A stretch of DNA of 64,000 nucleotides, from NCBI GenBank assembly GCA_024409235.1, contig JAKSUA010000005.1, positions 18,284 through 82,283 of the forward strand. Direction: 5' to 3'. The notes under the pieces are model-generated. The model was given only the letters and a program-made list of their open reading frames with translations. It was not told where the DNA came from and did no database searches. Origin of the DNA: Bacteroidales bacterium. Lineage in GTDB: Bacteria > Bacteroidota > Bacteroidia > Bacteroidales > UBA1715. The translations under genes and the position numbers were made by a program. Position 1 is the first letter of the stretch. Each line of letters begins with the position of its first letter. Of the stretch, positions 28,407 through 37,593 are shown in pieces.

Positions 28407-28492
28407 CATTTTTCTGAGAAAAAGACATATTGCTTTTATGAAACAATTATGGAATTATCCACTTGTTTTTGAAGAAGCACTTCCTGAAAAAG

Positions 28493-29230
28493 CTAATCTC
28501 TATTTAACTTTGATAACAAACGTAAGATTTCCAAATATAACCATACGAGCGTCATCATTAAACCGAATGCGCAATACCATTCCATATATTCTGGTGCACC
28601 TTGTGCAACACCATTTTCCACATTTTTAAAATCAAGAATAAAATTTAGCGCTGCAACTACAACTATTATCAAGCTTATTGCAATTCCTAGAGGTCCTGTG
28701 CTGTGCAAGAAACCAACCGAACTTCCGAAAAAGCCCATAACAATATCAATTAAATAAACAATTGCAATTGCGCCCATTGCTGCACACAATCCCATCGTGA
28801 ATTTTTGAGTAGGCTGAATGATTCTTTGTTTATACAAATACAGCATTACAAAGAATACACCAATTGTAAGCATCACAGCATTAAATACGATTCCTCCTAA
28901 CTGCATTTCGTATATTGCAGATACACCGCCTAAAACTAAACCTTCACAAATTGCATAGATGATTGAAGTTACCTTTGCTTTTTCAGGTTTAAAAATTGTT
29001 ATGAACGAAAAAATTGTCCCTACAATTAAACCACCTATCATCAACGGCATAACCATTGCATTTCCTGCAAAAGCCATTCTCCATGTTGCTACAGCAGCAA
29101 CAAAAATCACTGCTAACAATGTCAACGCTTTGTTTGCAGTCCCTTTAATCGTCATTGTGTTTCCATAAGAGAACGATAGATTTCCGAAAACTTTGTCGGA
29201 AAATGCTGGGTTTGAAGTTTTTTCTAACAT
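28493..29230 (-). CDS. Bax inhibitor-1/YccA-like integral membrane protein
   Basis: SNPAF N-terminus followed by about 7 TM helices. Length and topology fit the BI-1-like (COG4760-type) family. Confidence 0.75.
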   Translation of the reverse strand: MLEKTSNPAFSDKVFGNLSFSYGNTMTIKGTANKALTLLAVIFVAAVATWRMAFAGNAMVMPLMIGGLIVGTIFSFITIFKPEKAKVTSIIYAICEGLVLGGVSAIYEMQLGGIVFNAVMLTIGVFFVMLYLYKQRIIQPTQKFTMGLCAAMGAIAIVYLIDIVMGFFGSSVGFLHSTGPLGIAISLIIVVVAALNFILDFKNVENGVAQGAPEYMEWYCAFGLMMTLVWLYLEILRLLSKLNRD

Positions 29231-29249
29231 ATCAATACGTTTTTAGTAA

Positions 29250-29912
29250 TTAACAATATTCTAAAATTCGGAACATTTCACTTGTTTGTAACTCAAAATC
29301 TGTCCCTTTATTTTGTTCGCAAATATATTTTGTTTTTTCAATAATCAATGACTTTAAATCCTGACGGCGGAAAGCTAATTCCTGGAATGCTTTCTGCACC
29401 GACTGATAAACGAAATAATCTGTGGAAAGCAAATCGTTTTCGTAGCAATGCAATATATCCACCAAATCGTTTTCGTCGCCAAATTGTTTTCGCATAGCTA
29501 AACGTTCTATCGTTAAATAGCCTGCCATTTTTTCGTAACGGTATTCACTTTTTATCCATTTCTTCAACAATTGAAGAGCATTTGGAAGCTGCGAAAACAA
29601 ATTTATCACAGCAATTTCAACCATTTCATTGTTTGTAAATCCAGCTATATACTGAGAAATAGTTTCGTCAGAGATAGAAGTATAGTCTGCAAGCATAAAA
29701 GCCATTAGTTTGGCTTCACGGAAATTTTCCTGCCAAAGCAAATCTGCCAATTCCTGATTTCGTCCAACTGACTTCGCATAATTCAACAGCAACAGCGAAG
29801 AAACGCCATATATCATATTGTATTGCAATCCGCCATTACGCATTTTTTCTGCAATTTCACCATCCTGATGATGACGGATAAATAGTAAAGCCTGAGCTAA
29901 AGGTGTTGCCAT
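29250..29912 (-). CDS. DNA alkylation repair (AlkD-like HEAT-repeat) family protein
   Basis: All-helical. ELADLLWQENFREAKLMAFML resembles the DNA_alkylation family core. The ORF-track start at 29942 is TTG; the ATG at 29912 removes the overlap with the upstream gene. Confidence 0.55.
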   Translation of the reverse strand: MATPLAQALLFIRHHQDGEIAEKMRNGGLQYNMIYGVSSLLLLNYAKSVGRNQELADLLWQENFREAKLMAFMLADYTSISDETISQYIAGFTNNEMVEIAVINLFSQLPNALQLLKKWIKSEYRYEKMAGYLTIERLAMRKQFGDENDLVDILHCYENDLLSTDYFVYQSVQKAFQELAFRRQDLKSLIIEKTKYICEQNKGTDFELQTSEMFRILEYC

Positions 29913-29922
29913 ACTGTTAAAA

Positions 29923-32553
29923 TTAAAATTTAAGACCGACAATCAAGATATCATCAACCTGTTTTTCACTGCCTTTCCACGCATCGAATCTCCGCGACAC
30001 ATTGATATACTGTTCAGGCATATCAAGTGCCTGCATTTCTAGTATCATTTCTTCGAAACGTGAAGAAGAAAAACGCTCATTTTTCTCACCGCCAAACTGA
30101 TCCATATAACCGTCAGTATATAAATACATCATAGTTCCTTCTTTAACAGGTATTACAGTATCCTCAAAAACAACCTTTTTATCCTGTTTTAAAGCATGCA
30201 TTCCACCTATTGAGAACATTGACGTAGATACTGCCTGAGCCTTGCCGTCAGCGACCACTAAAATTTTTTGTCCTGCTCCGGAAAACATTATTTCCGACTG
30301 TTTTTTATCGTAACGAATCAGTGATATTGCCATGCCATCCTCTTGACTATCATCACCTTCATTCTGATGAAGATTTCGAATGACCTCTTTATCAAGAATA
30401 TTCAATATTTCTGCAGGATCCGTGACATTCATTTCGTTAACAATCTGGTTCAAAAGCGTATTGCCGACCATAGACATACATGCACCTGGTACGCCGTGTC
30501 CTGTACAGTCTGCAACAGCAAAGAACACAAAATCATTCACTTCAGAAAACCAATAAAAGTCGCCGCTTACAATTTCCTTTGATAAATAATACACAAAATT
30601 TTGAGGGAAAACGGTTTTTAATTCCTCTTCCGAAGGAAGCACTGCCTTTTGGATTCGTTTTGCATACGTCATACTGTCAATAATCTGGTTCTTTTTCTTT
30701 TCCAAAGACTCATTTGCCACCTTTACAGCATCATATGCAGATTCCAATTCAGACTGTTTTTGCGATAACATTGAATATGCATTTTTCTTTTGAACATATT
30801 GACGATACATAAAGAACAAAAATGCCAATATCACAAGTAAAACTATCACCAACAATATCATAAGAATACGGAACTGAGACTGTTTCATTTCGTTTTCCCG
30901 TATTTTAAGTTGTTGGTTTTCATTTATTTGCTCAAGAACCTTAATATCAGATTCAAATTCCATTTCTGCTATACGATTCTTTGTTCTGTCGCTATCGATT
31001 TCTTCTTTCAGCAACACGTATTTCTCATAATAAGCAAGAGCCTGCTCTGACTGACGAGCCTGTTTTTTCATTTCGAACATAGAATACGCCACGTCACAAA
31101 TGAGATTTTTCTCCTCACATTGTTCGGCTAATGCCAAAGCTTCCAAGTAATATTTTTCAGCATCAGCATTACTAATTTCATGCATCAGTTTTCCTTCGTT
31201 GTATGCAACATAGGCTACGCCTAATTTATTGTTACCATATAATTTACGAGCCTGTTCATAATATATTTTTGCTGACTGTATTTTCCCTAAATCATGAAAC
31301 ATATTTCCATGATAATTCAAAACTCGCGCAGCATTCAAAGAATCACCGATTTCCTTATAAACCTCGCAGGCTTTTTTATAGAACAGCGTCGCTTTATTTT
31401 CCAATGCAGTTCGCTCATTCACCTCATCACTTCGATAGATTAAACATGTATCACGATAAACCATTCCCAAGCGTTCGTACGAACTTGCAACAGATTTCTG
31501 ACTGCCGATAGCTAAGTTAATATCAAGAGCTTTCTGATAAGTTTCGATAGCTTTAGAAAAGCTCTTCTGATTTTTATATGTACCACCTATTGCATTGTAA
31601 ATCAACGCTTGAGCTTCTCTATTATTTGTTGCTTCGCGGAGTTCCAATGCCTGATTATAGTATTTCAATGCTTCACGGTAGTTTCCCAAATCACGATGAA
31701 CAGTAGCAATATTAAACTGAGAAGCAGCAATATCATTATTATCTTTCAGTTTTAAACGAAGATGCAAGGCTTGTGTATAATATTCCTGAGCCATATCATA
31801 TACCTTCAAACGGAAATAGAAATTCCCTATTCCATTTAATGTAAATGCTTCGCCCGCCCTGTCTCCTATTTTATCCTGAATATTTACCGCTTTTGTCAAA
31901 AACGACAATGCATCGGAATATTTATTTAAGCCAACATATACAGAAGCAATATTATTGCAAAGAACTGCAATAGATTTCTGATCATCAATCAACGAATATT
32001 CATCCATTGATAAATTATAGAAATTCAAAGCGTCTTCATATTTAGCCATCTGCATATATACATTTCCGATATTTTTATAACAGGAAGCAACTGCATCACG
32101 GTTTCCCATAGTCTGCTGCATCTTCAAAGCCTGATTATGATAGATTATAGCAGAATCATAACGACTTAAATCCCTATATACAATTCCCATATTATCGAGA
32201 ATGTCGGCAGAACGTTCATTTGTCTCGCAAGTTTTTAAAGCTTTATTTAAATATACCATTGCGGAATCAAAAGCACTTGTCTTGTGATGCAACAATCCAA
32301 TCGTAAAATATGCTTCCGAAATCATTGTTGGATCTGCAGTAAATGCTGCGTAATAGTATGCCTTGTACGCCGTTCTAAAAGCACGTTCGGGAGATTCGTT
32401 CAAGTATTGCATAGACAGCTCAAACATTGAGGAAATTTTGTCGTTTCCTTTTGCTGACTCCACAACTTTCTCTAAACTATCAATAGCATTATTAGTTTGA
32501 GCAACAGTTCCTAACGAGATTAATAATGAAACTGCAAATATCTTTATCTTCAT
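29923..32553 (-). CDS. TPR-repeat sensor protein with TM helix and C-terminal PP2C/SpoIIE phosphatase domain
   Basis: Signal peptide, then about 10 or more TPR-like units (recurrent Y..A...Y..AL pattern). This is followed by a coiled coil and a TM (FRILMILLVIVLLVILAFLFFMY), then ADCTGHGVPGACMSMVG...LYTDGYMDQFGG (PP2C/SpoIIE). Confidence 0.85.
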   Translation of the reverse strand: MKIKIFAVSLLISLGTVAQTNNAIDSLEKVVESAKGNDKISSMFELSMQYLNESPERAFRTAYKAYYYAAFTADPTMISEAYFTIGLLHHKTSAFDSAMVYLNKALKTCETNERSADILDNMGIVYRDLSRYDSAIIYHNQALKMQQTMGNRDAVASCYKNIGNVYMQMAKYEDALNFYNLSMDEYSLIDDQKSIAVLCNNIASVYVGLNKYSDALSFLTKAVNIQDKIGDRAGEAFTLNGIGNFYFRLKVYDMAQEYYTQALHLRLKLKDNNDIAASQFNIATVHRDLGNYREALKYYNQALELREATNNREAQALIYNAIGGTYKNQKSFSKAIETYQKALDINLAIGSQKSVASSYERLGMVYRDTCLIYRSDEVNERTALENKATLFYKKACEVYKEIGDSLNAARVLNYHGNMFHDLGKIQSAKIYYEQARKLYGNNKLGVAYVAYNEGKLMHEISNADAEKYYLEALALAEQCEEKNLICDVAYSMFEMKKQARQSEQALAYYEKYVLLKEEIDSDRTKNRIAEMEFESDIKVLEQINENQQLKIRENEMKQSQFRILMILLVIVLLVILAFLFFMYRQYVQKKNAYSMLSQKQSELESAYDAVKVANESLEKKKNQIIDSMTYAKRIQKAVLPSEEELKTVFPQNFVYYLSKEIVSGDFYWFSEVNDFVFFAVADCTGHGVPGACMSMVGNTLLNQIVNEMNVTDPAEILNILDKEVIRNLHQNEGDDSQEDGMAISLIRYDKKQSEIMFSGAGQKILVVADGKAQAVSTSMFSIGGMHALKQDKKVVFEDTVIPVKEGTMMYLYTDGYMDQFGGEKNERFSSSRFEEMILEMQALDMPEQYINVSRRFDAWKGSEKQVDDILIVGLKF

Positions 32554-32581
32554 ATCCTAATCTTTAAAGATTATTTACTTA

Positions 32582-32589
32582 CAAAGTTA
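32582..32589 (-). promoter_or_regulatory. Bacteroidota -7 promoter box TAACTTTG (minus strand)
   Basis: Reverse complement of caaagtta, 28 nt upstream of the 32553 ATG. Confidence 0.35.
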
Positions 32590-32605
32590 GTTTTTTTCGG
32601 AATTA

Positions 32606-35600
32606 TTAAAAATCCATTCCTAACGAAAACTGACTCATTTTTTGAATAAAACCTTCATCGTATCCCCAACCAATATCCAACCTTACAAAATATCCAAAAA
32701 GTCTTGTTCTAAATCCATAACCATACGCCCCAACAAAAGGCTGACGCATTTCATCAATTTCCACATGAATTGGCTGATTATCTATTATCGTATAATTATA
32801 AGCATTTTCCTTTGCACCAGGAATTAAACCGTTCCACGCTCCACCGAAATCAACAAAACCCACAACCTGAAAATTCTTTAAAACATCCGACTTTAAAGGT
32901 TTTGTAAGCAGATATTGTATTATTGGCCAACGAAGTTCTAAATTGACAACCATAAAAGAATTTCCATTTCTAATATTCTGCGAAAATCCACGCATATTCG
33001 TTCCAATTGCCTGATATGCCCAATCAACAGTGTGATCGTATTCTATTGAAGAATTATACAAAGAATTTTTTCCAAAAAGATTGATCCAATTATCAACTGC
33101 GCCCAAATAATACAATAATGGCGAGGTTCCAAATGAAGAACTGTATGCAATACGGGAGGCCACAATCAGATTTCGATGAATTTTCTGATAATGACGAAAA
33201 TCAAATCCGAAAACACACAAATATGAATCTGATTTATTTAATTGAGAATACCCTTCTAGAAATACTTTTGAACGTGTTCCTTCATATATATTCAGGTCAC
33301 GTTTGCGAACATTATCGAAGACATAATTGCAGGACAATCCAACCCAAAATTCATCATCATTCGGTTCTGCCAATGAATTCATGTCTGTTGCCAACGTTAT
33401 ATTCCGCACATAACGGAAATTGGGATTTACCGAAAGAGAATTTAATTGATTCAGCGGATAGCGAAAGCGGCACAAAAAATTATTATCCTGAATTCTCTGA
33501 TAATACCGTGACGAATTTGTACCATAAGTCAAACCAGACTGACGATGGAAAACATACTGACGGTCAAGACGTTTACGTAGATTTTCCACTGAGATTAGAT
33601 ATTCATTTGTTCCCAAAGAACCTGTAAAACGATAAGCACCCGTTAAACGATAATCCTCAAACAAATCAATTATTCCTAATTTCAGAAGTAGGTTCATGTT
33701 TTGGGTATAATCATAAGCTCCGCCCGTAAACTCCTGATAACCAGTATTTATAAAATTAAAATCCAACTGATTTGCCAGATTATTAATATAAAAATTTGTT
33801 TTATACAGATTCGCTGACTCATGCTCAAAAAAAGTTGTATCAACCAATACACTCTCAGCTTCCTGAAGTTCAGTTTCCTCAAAATCAGAATCTCCATAAT
33901 CTGACAAGTTCAATAACTGTCTATTGTTTTTTTGAGCAAGCAGCAACAAGGAATTTCCCGAAAATGAATAATTCTTTATAGCATACGATGAATTATTCTT
34001 CAACTTAAAATCAGTAGAAAAATAGGAATAATGGAATGCTGTATCGACATAGCTTACAGCACTGTCTGTCTCAACAACATACAAATGATTCTTCCCCGAC
34101 AAATCAGATAAGTAAGTATATTTTCCCGGCGACAACTCGTAAGGTCTTTGTTCTGTTGATGTAGAATTATTCAACCGTTTTAATTGTCCTGACGACAACA
34201 AGAATAAATCATACGTCGATACAATTTTTTCGTTAGTATTTTTCAATTCATCGTCCGCACGGTTCGAAGTATATAAGATTTTTGAGTCATTTTGCACAAA
34301 TAATGGATAACGATCATCCGATTTGTCATTAGTAATCTGTTCATTTTCAAACGTATGAAGATTATAAGTAAAAATATCTGTCTGCCCAGCCTGAATTCCC
34401 GAAAAAATAATCTTCGTACCATCTTTAGAATAGGAAAAGTCAAGAATTCGTTCAAAATGATGGAATTTACGCACATTCGTTTCTTTTGTTTCACAATTAT
34501 AGATTGCGAACCATAAAAGTCCTCCTTTTTCATAAAAGTACGATATAGCATCTTGCGTTGGGTGCCATTGTACCAACGGATACACATAATCGGTAACCTG
34601 TTCTATTACAGATCCAAAGCCGAATATCTTTTTATTTTTCCCTGTATTAAAATCATAAATCCAAAGTCCAGTTTTTCCGCTTTTATTGGTTACATAAGCA
34701 AGCTTTGTAGCCTCCTTGTTCAATTCTATTTCTGTTATTGTTCGCTTCGCTAATCTCTTAGGAATCTTCACATTGTTTTCGAACTCCGAAGTTATGGATA
34801 TATTTTTCTGTTTATAATAATCACTCATCTCCAGCAACGTGGACTGTAAATCTTTACCAATCACATATTGAAAAGCCGCATCAATATCTTCACCTAATTT
34901 ACTCATATAAAGTATATTAGATATTGCTTTATCGCCATACTTCAGTCCTATATAGTTCCACAATGCCTGTCCAACTAAAACAGCATCATCGGCATATAAC
35001 TGCGATATTTTTTTCAATGAACTCTTTTCTAATTTTTGACAAAACAGTTCTTCCTTATCGTAGCACCAACTTCCCGAGAAATATTCTGTCATTCCATCAA
35101 AAAACCATTCCGGATAAGACGCAAGTGCAGAATTCGACAAAATTCTCCGATAATTCCCAACGCCAAAAAGAAATTCGCTCATCATTACTTCAGAGATTCC
35201 TTTCCTTATTTGGCGATTCAAATCTTTATGATCTCCAGAAAAATATAAAACAACCTTATTATCAATAATTTGTGTGGTTCCACCTATATTATAATCATCA
35301 TCAGAGGTAGAATAGCCAACATTACTTTGACGAAAATCACTCAATGTATTATAAACAACATACACAATCCGTCGAGAATAATCAAATTCCAAAATGCGTT
35401 TCAATTCTGCATAACTGGAATCTACATTTTGCACAACATATTCCGCGATTTTTCTACCGCCTTTATCAAAGTACACATCGAACTTCTCGCGACGAAGGTA
35501 GTACCAGTACTTTTTGTCGTACTGCACCCGATTTTTTCCAAAATCCTGCTGATAGCCATTATAAAACTGTGCCGACAACGACAAACAGTTTACAATCACA

Positions 35601-35626
35601 CAAAGAATCAGAAAAAATCTTTTCAT
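32606..35626 (-). CDS. Large secreted protein: N-terminal domain + PD40/TolB-like beta-propeller repeats + C-terminal Omp85-like beta-barrel
   Basis: Signal peptide MKRFFLILCVIVNCLSLSAQ. PD40-like units (KLAYVTNKSGKTGLWIYDFNTGK; FSYSKDGTKIIFSGIQAGQTDIFTYNL; DDRYPLFVQNDSKILYTSNR). The C-terminus GFVDFGGAWNG...FGYFVRLDIGWGY...FSLGMDF is typical of surface-antigen barrels. Confidence 0.7.
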   Translation of the reverse strand: MKRFFLILCVIVNCLSLSAQFYNGYQQDFGKNRVQYDKKYWYYLRREKFDVYFDKGGRKIAEYVVQNVDSSYAELKRILEFDYSRRIVYVVYNTLSDFRQSNVGYSTSDDDYNIGGTTQIIDNKVVLYFSGDHKDLNRQIRKGISEVMMSEFLFGVGNYRRILSNSALASYPEWFFDGMTEYFSGSWCYDKEELFCQKLEKSSLKKISQLYADDAVLVGQALWNYIGLKYGDKAISNILYMSKLGEDIDAAFQYVIGKDLQSTLLEMSDYYKQKNISITSEFENNVKIPKRLAKRTITEIELNKEATKLAYVTNKSGKTGLWIYDFNTGKNKKIFGFGSVIEQVTDYVYPLVQWHPTQDAISYFYEKGGLLWFAIYNCETKETNVRKFHHFERILDFSYSKDGTKIIFSGIQAGQTDIFTYNLHTFENEQITNDKSDDRYPLFVQNDSKILYTSNRADDELKNTNEKIVSTYDLFLLSSGQLKRLNNSTSTEQRPYELSPGKYTYLSDLSGKNHLYVVETDSAVSYVDTAFHYSYFSTDFKLKNNSSYAIKNYSFSGNSLLLLAQKNNRQLLNLSDYGDSDFEETELQEAESVLVDTTFFEHESANLYKTNFYINNLANQLDFNFINTGYQEFTGGAYDYTQNMNLLLKLGIIDLFEDYRLTGAYRFTGSLGTNEYLISVENLRKRLDRQYVFHRQSGLTYGTNSSRYYQRIQDNNFLCRFRYPLNQLNSLSVNPNFRYVRNITLATDMNSLAEPNDDEFWVGLSCNYVFDNVRKRDLNIYEGTRSKVFLEGYSQLNKSDSYLCVFGFDFRHYQKIHRNLIVASRIAYSSSFGTSPLLYYLGAVDNWINLFGKNSLYNSSIEYDHTVDWAYQAIGTNMRGFSQNIRNGNSFMVVNLELRWPIIQYLLTKPLKSDVLKNFQVVGFVDFGGAWNGLIPGAKENAYNYTIIDNQPIHVEIDEMRQPFVGAYGYGFRTRLFGYFVRLDIGWGYDEGFIQKMSQFSLGMDF

Positions 35627-35640
35627 TATTAATTTAATTC

Positions 35641-35648
35641 TATCTTTG
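35641..35648 (+). promoter_or_regulatory. Bacteroidota -7 promoter box TATCTTTG (thyA)
   Basis: Matches TAnnTTTG, 21 nt before the thyA ATG. Confidence 0.45.
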
Positions 35649-35656
35649 CAAAAATA
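35649..35656 (-). promoter_or_regulatory. Bacteroidota -7 promoter box TATTTTTG (minus strand)
   Basis: Reverse complement of caaaaata, 22 nt upstream of the 35626 ATG. Directly abuts the thyA box. Confidence 0.4.
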
Positions 35657-35669
35657 GGATTTTTGTACT

Positions 35670-36464
35670 ATGCAGCAATATTTAGATTTAGTTAAAAAGA
35701 TACTTGAAGAAGGTACTCCTAAAGAAGACCGAACAGGAACCGGAACACTTAGTATTTTCGGTTATCAGATGCGCTTTGACCTGCAAAAAGGTTTTCCTCT
35801 TTTAACTACAAAGAAACTTTATACACGTGCCATTTTTCATGAACTTTTATGGTTTTTGAAAGGCGACACGAACATTAAATATCTTCATGACAACAACGTA
35901 ACCATTTGGGATGAATGGGCCGACGAAAACGGTGACTTAGGTCCTGTTTACGGTTATCAATGGCGTCACTGGCCGACATACGACGGCGGCGAAGTTGATC
36001 AGATAAAAGATTTGGTTGAGCAAATAAAAAACAACCCGGATTCCCGCCGACTGATTCTAAGTTCATGGAATGCAGCCATGGTAAACAATATGGCACTGCC
36101 TCCATGTCACACACTGTTTCAGTTTTATGTTGCAAACGGAAAATTGTCTTGTCAGTTGTATCAACGAAGTGCCGACTTATTTCTCGGCGTTCCTTTCAAT
36201 ATTGCATCGTATGCACTTCTGACACACATGATTGCCCAAGTTTGCGGATTACAGGTTGGTGAATTTGTACATTCTTTTGGTGACGTTCATATTTACAAAA
36301 ATCATATCGACCAATGTAAATTACAATTGTCCCGCGAACCTCGAAAACTTCCTACATTGAAACTAAATCCGGATGTAAAAGACTTATTTGAGTTCAAATA
36401 CGAAGACATTGAAATCATTAATTACGATCCACATCCACACATCAAAGGTGAAGTAAGTGTTTAA
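35670..36464 (+). CDS. thyA: Thymidylate synthase
   Basis: [54 protein letters not shown]. 264 aa. Confidence 0.97.
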   Translation: MQQYLDLVKKILEEGTPKEDRTGTGTLSIFGYQMRFDLQKGFPLLTTKKLYTRAIFHELLWFLKGDTNIKYLHDNNVTIWDEWADENGDLGPVYGYQWRHWPTYDGGEVDQIKDLVEQIKNNPDSRRLILSSWNAAMVNNMALPPCHTLFQFYVANGKLSCQLYQRSADLFLGVPFNIASYALLTHMIAQVCGLQVGEFVHSFGDVHIYKNHIDQCKLQLSREPRKLPTLKLNPDVKDLFEFKYEDIEIINYDPHPHIKGEVSV

Positions 36465-36481
36465 CCTCAACATTTTTAAAA

Positions 36482-36973
36482 ATGAAACTTTCCATTATTG
36501 TTGCTATTTCTGAAAATAATGTCATTGGCAAAGACAATGCATTACTATGGCGTTTGTCGGGTGATATGCAGTTTTTTAAAAAAACTACAACTGGACATCA
36601 TATAATTATGGGAAGAAAAACATTTGACTCACTAGGAAAACGTTTGTTGCCAAATAGAACATCAATTGTTATAACAAGAAATACTGATTACGACATGCCT
36701 GAAGGCGGTATAGTTGCTCATTCTGTAGAAGATGCTATTTCTAAGGTACAAAATGAAGAAGAAGCATTTGTAATTGGTGGCGAACAAATTTACAAGGCAG
36801 CCTTGTCCTTTGCAAACACACTGTATGTTACGCGGGTACATCATTCATTCGACGGAGATGCTTTTTTCCCTGAAATTGATACGAATCAATGGGAACTTGT
36901 TTCAGAAGAACATTGTTCTGCAGATGAAAAAAATGAGTATGATTATTCGTTTCAAAAATTCGTAAGACGATAA
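36482..36973 (+). CDS. folA: Dihydrofolate reductase
   Basis: IIVAISENNVIGKDNALLWRL, IMGRKTFDSLG, FVIGGEQIY. 163 aa. Confidence 0.93.
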   Translation: MKLSIIVAISENNVIGKDNALLWRLSGDMQFFKKTTTGHHIIMGRKTFDSLGKRLLPNRTSIVITRNTDYDMPEGGIVAHSVEDAISKVQNEEEAFVIGGEQIYKAALSFANTLYVTRVHHSFDGDAFFPEIDTNQWELVSEEHCSADEKNEYDYSFQKFVRR

Positions 36974-37593
36974 TGAAAATACTTTTAGTCATTCCATCAG
37001 CTCTTGAGGCACGCGATTTTGATGTTTCCTCATACGAAAACGTAGATTTATTGGTTTCGGGTGCTGGCGGATTTTCGACAATGTATAATCTAACAAAATA
37101 CTGCTTAGAAAACCGACCGGATTTTGTTGTTCATGCCGGTATTTGTGGTGCGTTTGACGAGACTCTACAACTGGGTGAAGTGGTAAATGTGATGATAGAT
37201 CACTTTGCAGACTTTGGTGTAATAGAAAATGGAAAATGGAAAACAGGTTTTGATTTAAAACTACTCAGCACCCATAAATCGCCATTTACAGAAGGCCAGC
37301 TTGTTGCTCCACAAAATGACTTCTGTTTTTTTCCAAAAGTTATTGCTGTAACATCTCAGACAATTACATCGACACCAGAACAGAAAAAATTATTGCTTAA
37401 CACATTTCAACCGGGAATAGAATCAATGGAAGGTGCCTATGTACATTATGTCTGTATAAAGGAAGAAATACCATTTGTACATATTCGTGCAGTTTCTAAT
37501 TATGTTGGTGAACGCGATAAAACGAAATGGGAGACTCGTCTTGCATTGGAAAATCTAAAATCAGCTGTTCAGGAGATTATTGATTTTCTATAA
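36973..37593 (+). CDS. mqnB: Futalosine hydrolase-like nucleosidase (PNP_UDP_1 family)
   Basis: 206 aa; GIESMEGAYVHYVC (xxMEGAA-type motif) and IRAVSNYVGERDKTKW resemble MqnB more than the longer MTA/SAH nucleosidase. Has a TAATG overlap with folA. Confidence 0.6.
   Translation: MKILLVIPSALEARDFDVSSYENVDLLVSGAGGFSTMYNLTKYCLENRPDFVVHAGICGAFDETLQLGEVVNVMIDHFADFGVIENGKWKTGFDLKLLSTHKSPFTEGQLVAPQNDFCFFPKVIAVTSQTITSTPEQKKLLLNTFQPGIESMEGAYVHYVCIKEEIPFVHIRAVSNYVGERDKTKWETRLALENLKSAVQEIIDFL

Noticed and set aside
33118-33627. 169-aa plus-strand ORF inside the 1006-aa minus-strand gene. Similar long antisense ORFs occur at 23669-24064, 48543-48938, 62153-62584, 16718-17101 and 41057-41413.
   Set aside because: All lie fully antisense to CDS that carry strong family motifs. 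Their translations are low-complexity, Cys/His/Arg-rich and show no motifs. They are typical shadow ORFs.
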